A program made the translations under genes and the position numbers. A stretch of 64,000 nt of DNA from a virus, in the IMG/VR virus record IMGVR_UViG_3300034106_006471, positions 1-64,000 of that record; one strand, 5' to 3'. The first letter of the stretch is position 1, and every line of letters begins with the position of its first letter. This document shows positions 30,301-39,800 of the stretch, piece by piece. Under the pieces are notes generated by a model that was not told the DNA's origin, made no database searches, and worked only from the letters and a program-made list of their open reading frames with translations.

Positions 30301-33189
30301 GGAGGCACCGATCAAATTACTAAAAATAGAGATCAAAATTATTGGTTACCTAGCTTAAACGAATGGCATAAAGCAGCATATTACTATCCAGCTAATGAAG
30401 AAAACTCCTCCCCTTACTCTGCTATTACTATTAGAACAGATACTCCATTTGAGTACAAGCAAGCAGAGCCTTTTGTGTCAGGAACAGGACAAATAGCTTC
30501 TGTAACAATTAGTGGTTTACTTTATGCTGATTATTTAAAGATTAATCCTCTTGTTATAAAAGATTTAGATAGGAATTATACAACAGCTATTGATCCGACA
30601 GAAACGGTTGTTTCTGTAAAAGGCTTAACATATTTTATTAATCAGACAGGAGAAGATACTGGTAGATTGATCTTAAGGCCAGACAAAACAGTATTTACTC
30701 AACCAGTATTAGTAACTACAGGAGTAGCAAGCACAGTTGATAAATCTGCTGGGATACTAATAGAATCTAGTGGGATTAGTTATGTAGACAGTCAAGGCAA
30801 AAAAATTCCTGGAGGCTTATTTCCAGGGCCAAACGGTGGCTACTTATTTAAGGATCCCAATGGCAGTAATATAATATCTTCCTCTGGCAATTTGATATCT
30901 AAATCCGTTAGTGGAGAATATTTAGCATCTATAACCAGTATTCCTAATAATAGCATTGTTTATCAAGACAATAGATCCGTTTTAGTTGGAAGCTCTTGGT
31001 TTAGTGTTGGTAATCCTCCATCTAATTTAAAATTCGAAGGAGGAGATAAAGTTGTAACGATATCGTCGTCCTCAACATCAGAATCAACAACAGAACAATC
31101 TGAAGAAGATCAAAAACAAAAAGTATTATTATATACCGATAATTTAGCCATCGGCCCTGTTTTAGAGTCATATTCTGGCAGCTTATTAACTCATGGAGGT
31201 TCTAATATTGCTTATTGGCAACCAAATGAATTTTTAAGATTACCAGGAGCGATTTGGGAAAAATATCCTAGACGAGCAATAGAGTTTAGTCTAGATCCTG
31301 AATCAGATTATACCCAAATTGATTCTTTTAGATTTGTTGATATAGAACCATCAGATGGAGGAACAGGACCAGTAACTGTTGGTGAACTTAAAAATGAATT
31401 TGCTATTAATGAGACTATAGCTATATATAATCAAAAGAGAAATGTAATATATGTTAAAATATCTAATAAAGGATTAGTAGATTCTAGAGGTAGAGTAGTA
31501 AATAGTGGATTATTTACTGATGAAAGTAATTTGGTAATGAATGTTTGTCCACCAATACCAGCAGATTTTGCAAGACAATCTAAATTAGAATTGGCACCAG
31601 ATAATACAAATGATGGTAGACTAATAGCGTATGCTTTTTCTGTTCAAAAGGGTGGTTATTTGGATATGCTCATGGAGCCACAGGCTACTGGAGTTTTTTC
31701 TTGCGAAGGACTAATTACATCTCCCACAACCACATCTGAATACAAATTTAAACCAGGAACATCTAATACTATTAGTTTGCGTCCAGAGATCCACACAGCC
31801 TTCAATAAGCTTGCTGAGAATATAGACTTTGTTGTGTATGGACATAGACCAACTTTATTTACCAGATATGAAAATGACTGGTTTGATAAAGATAAGTCTG
31901 GATTGCCCACAGGATTGACTCCAGCATTTAGAATTAATACAAAAATAAATAACAGCGTAATTGGATCGTTAGAGAGTGGCGTTCTGGTTCAAACCATAGG
32001 AGAAACAAGCTCTATAGCAACTGGTATACTTCCTGATTTTAATCCTAAAATAACAATAAATACTAAAGAACCATATAGAATAGCCACACTAAATAATATT
32101 AAACAGGGTATTTTGCTACCTAATAGTAATCCAGCCTTAAATTTGGAACTTGAAAAAACGTATGGAACTACAATTCCTATAACCGGTGTTGCAATATCAG
32201 GTACGAAAGATTTATCAAATTATGCTGATTTGACTATCGGAGGAACAACATATACTGATCAATTAATTACAAAAGATGTAGTATTAGGTCCATTATGGAA
32301 GGGAGTGATTCCTATACCATATGAATTATCATTAACTCAAAAAGTTTATGCTCCTAATTATCCTTTGACAATTAATAATCTTGGTCAAATTGTTTCACTA
32401 ATACCTCCTCCAGCACCAACAGCGCCATCTGCTCCCTTAGACTTAGTAGCAAATCCAAAAAATAATTCAGTAATACTAACATGGAATCCCCCTGAGAATG
32501 ACGGTGGAGAGCCAATTATTGGTTATGTGGTTGAATTCTCTATTGACGATGGAAATGTTTGGATAATTGCTGATCAAATAGACGAACAAACATTATTGCC
32601 CAATAATCCTGATAAAAATACTATAAGAATATTAAATAGTCCAACTGTTACTAACAATATAGGCTATATATTTAGAGTAAGATCTTATAATAGTATTGGT
32701 TTTGGTGCATACTCTCAAATTTCTACTAGCGTTACCCCATCATCTTCTTTATCCCCAGCTTCTGTTAATAATTTAAGAATCTCTCAGGGAGAAGATTTTG
32801 ACGGCATAAGAAATTCTACTAATATAGTATTGTCTTGGGACCCAGTTGTTTCATTACCAGATGACACAACTCTTCAAAATTATATTGTAGAATATTGGAT
32901 CTATAATACATTAGATAATAAAGATCTAAAATTAGCAACCTGGACAACAGCAGCCAATAGCCCTGTTAGTCCCACAAGCACATCTATATCAATTGGAGGA
33001 ATAAATACTACATCATTATACTACTTTAGCGTATCTACTCTAGCTTCTAATGGTAGTTCTAGCAGTAGATCATTATATGCTAGTTTAGGTAGCGATCCGG
33101 ATCCAAGACCAATAACTAATCGTCGAATTAGAAATAATCCTAATAGCTACAACTTCGGATCTATTATATTCACAGGATCATGCTCATAA
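27349..33189 (+). CDS. Large tail/fibre protein with a permuted FGE-sulfatase-like domain and two C-terminal fibronectin type III domains
   Basis: FDQNGNVAEW, GGSW, IGFRI, YEVTNGQYLAFLN, WLPSLNEWHKAAY. PSAPLDLVANPKNNSVILTWNPPENDGGEPIIGYVVE...YIFRVRSYNSIGFG is FN3. Confidence 0.75.
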   Translation: MKIFDNVGCEFIYNSNNTFTLLGPLSGYASLSIQDYGFSIPYLARNIDGKNIEYELGVGYLDKVDNKLVLKDKKISVSSNNNQHVDFSKNGNKQFYIFVHNVNFNNAFNNVFICNKDFNIEPRKSVYIVDVSSGYVTASLPDPVLCEAVELEFKTLGDSGVLSLNCEEFKLAIDSNKYTKLVSTGKDWIELKDNNTNNISSLSLSTDDSSFRVLGDPTGADRSLQFNNNGSFDDSSLYQGNNDKLLFGSSTESAAKNIIPSSGDHDLILNQTKDGSNFIVYGTGNAPGYPAKNLYFSYDGRLGINMPSGVNTGSIVKPSTILHVFNTLCREGIRLENRANCYPADITLYDNPFTSPRSNGSSIARIVFAGKDNASNKIDFATIETKIKSASSKLGQLDISVSNGASSKTTISTSSDRTKIESNNALIDVNTSSIRLSGTHISITGTNVGIAALSSVNLTGTAIVSTSLRLPYISSVNSLLSIDSSNRVIAATGFKIPGLSGGSEERLLSVKTDGTVVGQIPKDGVWPYETGQKIGGKDVIWDRYPYRTAQVCLNKITQEIEIENTPLEEFSIGDQIAILNLSNNTTIYRRIRDLTINNDIITRILIDQDVLFTGSTVNLKVYSVSKGGILTNTIYTSETISDATAIVLSSRPQANTVFNTKKKNIDFTVFGSEDKPAFNILANVGSNQNITGAYFKYATHVSGSPPTQSKIDSDGNGSINSSANNSANFADAADPVWSGKVTVVGNNGKPSYYKTFDQNGNVAEWVEDENKQYSYASYQYVCGGSWRTANNNSLRGYIATPRYSGLDDIGFRICSKAGYSHNLENALSIDFVRVDDINNPSDTSPIYEEAWTNRFNDTNDDPLPITKSDLGVVSYPFRISSYEVTNGQYLAFLNSVATGVSSISGLYKSSMTSSPVGGISVSGNGTSIPFTYYVKNNMESMPVVFVDYVSCIRYINWLSNGAPTGNNILPGITEFGAYSIQSGPGGTDQITKNRDQNYWLPSLNEWHKAAYYYPANEENSSPYSAITIRTDTPFEYKQAEPFVSGTGQIASVTISGLLYADYLKINPLVIKDLDRNYTTAIDPTETVVSVKGLTYFINQTGEDTGRLILRPDKTVFTQPVLVTTGVASTVDKSAGILIESSGISYVDSQGKKIPGGLFPGPNGGYLFKDPNGSNIISSSGNLISKSVSGEYLASITSIPNNSIVYQDNRSVLVGSSWFSVGNPPSNLKFEGGDKVVTISSSSTSESTTEQSEEDQKQKVLLYTDNLAIGPVLESYSGSLLTHGGSNIAYWQPNEFLRLPGAIWEKYPRRAIEFSLDPESDYTQIDSFRFVDIEPSDGGTGPVTVGELKNEFAINETIAIYNQKRNVIYVKISNKGLVDSRGRVVNSGLFTDESNLVMNVCPPIPADFARQSKLELAPDNTNDGRLIAYAFSVQKGGYLDMLMEPQATGVFSCEGLITSPTTTSEYKFKPGTSNTISLRPEIHTAFNKLAENIDFVVYGHRPTLFTRYENDWFDKDKSGLPTGLTPAFRINTKINNSVIGSLESGVLVQTIGETSSIATGILPDFNPKITINTKEPYRIATLNNIKQGILLPNSNPALNLELEKTYGTTIPITGVAISGTKDLSNYADLTIGGTTYTDQLITKDVVLGPLWKGVIPIPYELSLTQKVYAPNYPLTINNLGQIVSLIPPPAPTAPSAPLDLVANPKNNSVILTWNPPENDGGEPIIGYVVEFSIDDGNVWIIADQIDEQTLLPNNPDKNTIRILNSPTVTNNIGYIFRVRSYNSIGFGAYSQISTSVTPSSSLSPASVNNLRISQGEDFDGIRNSTNIVLSWDPVVSLPDDTTLQNYIVEYWIYNTLDNKDLKLATWTTAANSPVSPTSTSISIGGINTTSLYYFSVSTLASNGSSSSRSLYASLGSDPDPRPITNRRIRNNPNSYNFGSIIFTGSCS

Positions 33190-33201
33190 AAGGAGAAGTA
33201 A

Positions 33202-33753
33202 ATGTCAGCACCTCTTATTCTTAAACACTGTTACGAAAATTTAAACGCCCCCAGCCCAGATCAATTAGAGGTTGGCGAACTAGTTATTAATTCTAGAACA
33301 GGGAAATTATATACTAGGTTAGCATTAGATAATAAAAATCCACCAACCCCAGGACCTATTATAGAATTTATTGGTAAGCAAGTTTGCTATGCAAAAATAC
33401 CGTCAATTACATTTGATAGCGTATCCGATTTTTGTTGCAATGAGGATATTCTTAAAGTTAAGGTTATAGATTTACTTAAAGATACTGAATATAGATTCGA
33501 ACTTGAAGATATTAGTGGAAATAATATTGACTATACTATTAATAGCCCCTTATACACTGATTATACTGTTAGTGATTTAGGAAACTCTTCTGTCGAGTTA
33601 AGAGAAGCCGTAATACCTATTACTTTAAAAATATTGGGATCAAAAAATATTACAATACTTAAATTTAAAATTTTAGGCGGCAGTGTTGATATTAATAGAG
33701 AATTAACTAGTAGAACTATAACTATTTCTTGCAATAATTGTGATGGACTATAA
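33202..33753 (+). CDS. Tail protein with an Mtd_N/hyaluronidase-N-like N-terminal motif
   Basis: LILKH...APSPDQLEVGELVINSRTGKLY matches the L..GEl.in..tgkly fibre N-terminal motif. AGGAG RBS. Confidence 0.6.
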   Translation: MSAPLILKHCYENLNAPSPDQLEVGELVINSRTGKLYTRLALDNKNPPTPGPIIEFIGKQVCYAKIPSITFDSVSDFCCNEDILKVKVIDLLKDTEYRFELEDISGNNIDYTINSPLYTDYTVSDLGNSSVELREAVIPITLKILGSKNITILKFKILGGSVDINRELTSRTITISCNNCDGL

Positions 33754-36700
33754 AATGTTTATTCAGGCAAAAAGATATGGAGTATTAGAAGCTGCTTGTG
33801 GAATACAAGTATTTTTTGAAAAAATAATACCAAGACCTACTAAAATAGCAAATATTATTAATGCTACTAGAGTTAATAGCGTATCAACTATAACTTTGAA
33901 TAGACTAATAGAGTCTGTAAGTAAGAATCAGAGAATAACAATAGCACAATCGACTAATGCTCCATCTGACATTATTCCTATACCAGATTCATTTATTGGG
34001 GATTTTACCACTACATCTTCTATAGAGGTAGTAGAGTCTAATAATCTATCATTAACATTTGATCAAAACCTACCTAATACTCAAGGACTATCAGGACAGG
34101 TTATGACAGGAGATCTGTACAAGCAGTCAAACATAGCACCATCTGATCAGTATTTAATACAATTTTTTATAGAAACAAAAACACCTTCTAGCGCTGAAGC
34201 CACAGTAAATCCTTCGTCTTATATTGTTGGAGGTTATGAGAATTTTATTCCCTCAACGGTTCTTAATGTAGTATCAAGATACAGTAAATCTGTAAAAATT
34301 TTATTAAAAATGGTTATCAAAGACTATAAAAGTAATACTCTTCTTAGAACGGAATATCAAGAAATTATAGTATCAGATGCTTCTTCCAAACCATGTGAAA
34401 TTATATACGAAAAACCTATTGATACTAATTTTTATGAATTAAATAAAAAAAATAATTGGAGTTATTTTCATGATGGATATTTGTTAGCAGAATTTATTCC
34501 AGATAAGTATCATAAAGATATTATTATTAAGCTTATTAAAAAAAATAATCGGTTATTACCTAATAGAAGCGACAAAGATAGAATTCGTATTATTGCTGAT
34601 CCTATAAAACTACAAGATAAACAGACTACAATAGATAAAATTAGAAATGCAGTATTAGATATGTATGGTACTATTAGTAATAGTATTGCTATAGCTAATT
34701 TAGGAAATAAATCATACGATATTATCGTAGAAAATAAATTGGCTAAGCCTGAAGACTTTCAAGATCTTATAGTAGATATTGTGCCCCCAGTAACAGGAAC
34801 AAACATTAAATTTTCTGAAGTAGCAACCGCAGAAAACTATACTCAAGATTTAGCTAGTATTCCTAAGATTAGTATATTAAAATGGAATAATTATGGTATT
34901 GGAGAATTACATTATAATAGTAGAATATATGATAATGATAGTATATTAGTTAATATTTCTGGAGATATTACTGCAAGTTTATCCGGAACTATATCTGATA
35001 TTACTAATGGAGTTAATTATTTATCTACATTATATATTCAACCTACTCCTACTCCATCTAATACTACTACTCCTACTGTTACTCCAACCATAACAGCTAC
35101 ATCGACAACTACTCCAACAATTACTCCAACGATCACTCCTACAGAAACAATAACCCCTAGTCCAACAGAAACGATTACTCCTACTCCTACTGAAACGATA
35201 ACTCCGACTCCAACAGAAACTATAACACCAACTCCTACCTCAACAGAATTACCTATTAGTATTAATGTTGTTGTTCATGACGAAAGTAGAGATGGACCGT
35301 TATCAAACTCACCTAATTCGCCTACTTCTGTTTTTCTTATTAGTGGAAATAGTAGAGTAGTAGGATCTGTTGGTGGAAATAGTGATTATTTTAATTTTCA
35401 AATAGATTCAAATCATATATTAAATTCTATTTCCTTAGTAAATTATGTATCTCTTGACAGTATTGCTTGGATAGGTATTCAATCAGGACTATCATGGACG
35501 GCCGGAGATAATCCTAATTTAATGTTGGATCAACAACATTTTGGATCAGATGATATTAATAATAATATTTTAACCAACGCTACTCCGTTAAGCTCTGGAG
35601 TTTATGTTATAAGAATTCAACAACTAGGCTCAGAGGCTTTGTATAATCTTAATTTTGAATTAGTAGCTGCTCCAACTTCTACTCCAACAATCACTCCAAC
35701 CATTACCTCTACTCCCACGACAACATTAACAGTTACCCCAACTAATACAATTAGTCCAAGTTTAACTCCAACAAATACTATTACATCAACACAAACCCCA
35801 ACCAACACACCTACTTTAACAACAACTCCCACCCCTACTACTAGCTCAATGATTAATGTATTGCCTACTGTTACTCCAACTATTACCCCAACCTCTAGCT
35901 TAACAAATACGCCTACGATTACTCTAACAACCACTCCAACCATAACTCCTAGTGTTAGCTCAATAATTTTTAGAACCAGTAATACTGCTAATTATAATAA
36001 TTGTGCTAGTTGGGATAATTTAAGTGGTAATGTAACGTCGGTTGGAACTAATGGAAAAGGATCGTCGTATGGAATTCATGATATGAATGGTAATGTTTGG
36101 GAATGGACAGAAAGATTGTGGAATGCTGGAGCGCGAGGAGTTAAGGGAGGTAGCTGGAATAGTATAGATAACAGATTATTAAGAACATATGAAGGTATTC
36201 AACAGCCAACAACAGTATTAAACCAGATAGGTTTTAGAGTAGGTTCATTTGTATTAAATAATTTAAATAATTTTATTGTAATTTCAGATAGTGAAAATAT
36301 TAATGATGATTCTGGAATAGGTAATGTTGATTATATATATAGTATTGGTAGATTTTTAGTAACAAATAGCGAATATGCTGAATTTTTAAATAATATAGCA
36401 GCACTAGATACTTTTGAAGTATATGATATTAATATGAATGGTAATAGAGGAGGCATAATAAGGTCAGGAATTTCGGGATCATACATTTATACAGTCAAAA
36501 ATAATTATCAAAATAAACCGGTTGTTTTTGTAAATTGGTATAATGCTGCAAGATATTGCAATTGGTTACACAATAGCAAGCCAACAGGAAATCAAAATAA
36601 TAGTACTACAGAGAACGGAGCTTATCAGTTGACAGGAAATACAAATAGTCCAAATAGAACAATAAATGCTCAATTTTTTATACCAAATGGAAACGAGTGG

Positions 36701-36817
36701 CAAAAAGCTGCATTCTATAAAGCAGGCGGAACTAGTTCAGGATATTGGAATTATGCTACAGCTAGTGATTCTTTACCCACTTGTGTTTTATCAAATAGCT
36801 TAGGTAACGGAATTTAA
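33740..36817 (+). CDS. Multidomain adhesin-like virion protein (RND DN-like segment, PT linkers, PPC-like domain, permuted FGE-like domain)
   Basis: Motifs are visible in the translation: IRIIADPIKL..., (TP)n tracts, HDESRDGPLSN...DYFNF...YVIRIQQ, DMNGNVWEW...GGSW...IGFRV, VTNSEYAEFLN. Confidence 0.7.
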   Translation: MMDYKMFIQAKRYGVLEAACGIQVFFEKIIPRPTKIANIINATRVNSVSTITLNRLIESVSKNQRITIAQSTNAPSDIIPIPDSFIGDFTTTSSIEVVESNNLSLTFDQNLPNTQGLSGQVMTGDLYKQSNIAPSDQYLIQFFIETKTPSSAEATVNPSSYIVGGYENFIPSTVLNVVSRYSKSVKILLKMVIKDYKSNTLLRTEYQEIIVSDASSKPCEIIYEKPIDTNFYELNKKNNWSYFHDGYLLAEFIPDKYHKDIIIKLIKKNNRLLPNRSDKDRIRIIADPIKLQDKQTTIDKIRNAVLDMYGTISNSIAIANLGNKSYDIIVENKLAKPEDFQDLIVDIVPPVTGTNIKFSEVATAENYTQDLASIPKISILKWNNYGIGELHYNSRIYDNDSILVNISGDITASLSGTISDITNGVNYLSTLYIQPTPTPSNTTTPTVTPTITATSTTTPTITPTITPTETITPSPTETITPTPTETITPTPTETITPTPTSTELPISINVVVHDESRDGPLSNSPNSPTSVFLISGNSRVVGSVGGNSDYFNFQIDSNHILNSISLVNYVSLDSIAWIGIQSGLSWTAGDNPNLMLDQQHFGSDDINNNILTNATPLSSGVYVIRIQQLGSEALYNLNFELVAAPTSTPTITPTITSTPTTTLTVTPTNTISPSLTPTNTITSTQTPTNTPTLTTTPTPTTSSMINVLPTVTPTITPTSSLTNTPTITLTTTPTITPSVSSIIFRTSNTANYNNCASWDNLSGNVTSVGTNGKGSSYGIHDMNGNVWEWTERLWNAGARGVKGGSWNSIDNRLLRTYEGIQQPTTVLNQIGFRVGSFVLNNLNNFIVISDSENINDDSGIGNVDYIYSIGRFLVTNSEYAEFLNNIAALDTFEVYDINMNGNRGGIIRSGISGSYIYTVKNNYQNKPVVFVNWYNAARYCNWLHNSKPTGNQNNSTTENGAYQLTGNTNSPNRTINAQFFIPNGNEWQKAAFYKAGGTSSGYWNYATASDSLPTCVLSNSLGNGI
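35040..35955 (+). repeat. Two Thr/Pro-rich low-complexity linkers (about 35040-35245 and 35665-35955)
   Basis: TPTPTETI-type 8-aa units and TPTITPT tracts flank the PPC-like domain. Confidence 0.85.
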
Positions 36818-36819
36818 TT

Positions 36820-39800
36820 ATGCAATATAATAACTATGCTCATATAGAATTAAAAATTATTTCTAAAAATAAAAATACTATCGGAAATAGTGCAAATTAT
36901 AAAAATTTAGCAAAATGGAATGATTCGTATGAAGGGAATGTTACTTCTGTAACATCTAATGGAGATCCTAGCTATTATGGATTATATGATATTAGTGGTC
37001 AGGTATATGAATGGACAGAAACTAGTAGCACAGAACATAAAGAATTAAAAATATGCAGAGGAGGATGCTACGCTGACACTAATCCAGCTTCTTTAAGTAA
37101 AAACAATAGAAAGAAATTTCATTATGACAGTATGTTAAATGAAGGATTTTTTGGTTTTAGAGTAGCATCAATCAATACTTCTGATATTAATATATTAAAT
37201 TATTTGGTACCAGTAGCTGATGAACAAAATATTCCTGATAATTGTGCAAATAATTCTATTGGTCAAGTTAATTATACTTATGGAATAAGTAGTCGTTTAA
37301 TTGATAATTCTAGATATTGCGAATTTCTAAATTTTGTAGATCCAGAAGGATCCAATAACTATCAGTTATATGATGAAAGAATGGGATCAAGTCCAATAGG
37401 AGGAATTTTATATATAAAATGTAATGAGATCGGGAATAAGTATATTGTGAAAAGTATGATGACAAATAAACCAGTAACTTTTATTAAATGGAAAATGGCA
37501 GCAAGATATATTAACTGGTTAAACAATGATTTATCCTCTATAAATCTTGATAATGGAACATATAATTTATTATCAGACAATATAGTGCGTAGTCCTGATG
37601 CTAAATATTTTTTACCAAGTGAAGATGAATGGTACAAAGCGGCCTACTATGATCCTAATAAGAATGGACCAAATAAGCCAGGATATTGGAATTATGGAAC
37701 AAAAAGTGATAATGACCCTTTAGCTATTCTGTGTAATGACTACGGAGATCCTACAGGGATAGAAGGTCTTCAGGACTCTGTTAAAACTTTTCCTATATTT
37801 GTTAATAAAAATTATGATATATCTAAAGATAATCTATGTCCCAGTATAAGTATTTCTGGACAAAATATTATACCATCAGGACATATCCATACTGTAAATA
37901 GTACAATTACAAATTTAAAGTATGGTATGGCTTACTCTTATAATTTTGCCTCGTCTTTTGCTAATTGGCCATGCAAAATTACCCCATTATCAGGAATTTT
38001 TACAGCATATGGGGACACTCAAGAGATAAATGCTATTTTAGAATTTTGTCCTAAAAATTATGATGATATAACTATTTGTAATAGTAATTTAGCCTACCAT
38101 AATGTTAATGAAAAAACCAATAATAGTTTAATTAATTTAGAACTTAAAGTTGTTAGTAATAATTGTATTGATGGATCTAGGTCCAACCTATTGATAGAGT
38201 CTAGTGGATTACCATCTATTGTTTCTAGGAATAAATATCTTAATATTAAATTTTTAGATTCTGAAGATAATACAATTACAGTTTCAGGTAACTTATGCTG
38301 TGAACCAATACCTATAGTAGTTAGTATGAGTGGACATAAACCAGGAGATCTATATACTTATGAATTATCATCATCCTCTCCTAGTGTTAAATTAATTCCT
38401 CATACAGGAATAGTTTCTTTTGGTAGCGGAATTGGTAAAATAACATCTTTTGCGATAGGTTTAAATAATAACGTATCGGTACTCTCGGCCAGAGTAAATA
38501 AGAAGAACAGTGCGGATATAGCTAGTTCTGATCAGGTATTATTACAATGCATAAGAGATTGCGCCAAGAGTTGCGATAATCATGCTAATTTTGACAATAA
38601 AGCTAAGTGGGGTATTTGCGTCCCAGATTGTTCTAATGTTTATAATTCTCCAGTAAGAAATTCTGCTAGTGTTACTACTGTAGGGACTAACGGAGGACCT
38701 AGTGAGTATGGAACATACGATATGGATGGTAATGTTTGGGAGGCGGTACATTCAGCAAATCTTAACGCTAATCCTGCTTCTTTTAAACTAAGAGGAGGTC
38801 ATTTTGGCTCATCTCAAATAGGGAAAAATGTTAGTTCAGTATACAACAACCTAAGTGCTGATAATATTAGTTTTAGAGTAGGATCATATACCAATCCTTA
38901 TAATTATGTTAATATGGTTCATGTTGCAGATATAGGAAGTTTACCATCTGGAAATAAACCTGATTCCAATGGTTTTGGTAGTGTTCCATATACATTTAAG
39001 ATGAGCAAGTACCCTGTAACAAATGATGATTATGTATCATTTCTTAATAATGTGGCATCAACAGGAATAACTTTAACTCAATCAAATTATGTTTATGATA
39101 GCGCTATGAGCGGTTGTTATGGAGGTATAAATAGAGTTCCAAATGGGAATAATTTTTCATACTCTGCTCAACCATGTATGGGTAATAAGTCTGTGAGATT
39201 TGTTAATTCATATGGTATTCTTAAATATATTAATTGGTTGAATAATAATAAACCCAACGGATGGAATACTTCCAATAGTGGAACATATTTACTTAATTCT
39301 GATGGAGTAATAACTTCTGGAAACAGATCTACTTGTGCCGAATATTTCTTACCTAGCGAAAATGAATGGTATAAAACAGCTTATTATAAGGGAGGAAATA
39401 CTAATAATACTAATGCTAATTATTGGACTTATGCAACAAGATCTAATGTGGATCCAGAATCTGTAAGAGCTTCTGACTGCGGAGATGGTATCAAAGAAGA
39501 TTGTGAACCCGAACCCATTCCAACAACTACTGTTACTCCAACGAAAACAGAAACCCCAACAGTTACTCCAACAAGAACAGCAACCCCAACAGTTACTCCA
39601 ACAAGAACAGCAACCCCAACAGTTACTCCAACAGTAACGACAACCTCAACAGTTACTCCCACAGTAACGACAACCTCAACAGTTACTCCCACAGTAACGA
39701 CAACCTCAACAGTTACTCCCACAGTAACGACAACCTCAACAGTTACTCCCACAGTAACGACAACCTCAACAGTTACTCCCACAGTAACGACAACCTCAAC

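Noticed and set aside
29518-39490. FGE-like domains as active formylglycine-generating enzymes
   Set aside because: The catalytic Cys pair following RGGS is not evident, and the context is structural/adhesin.
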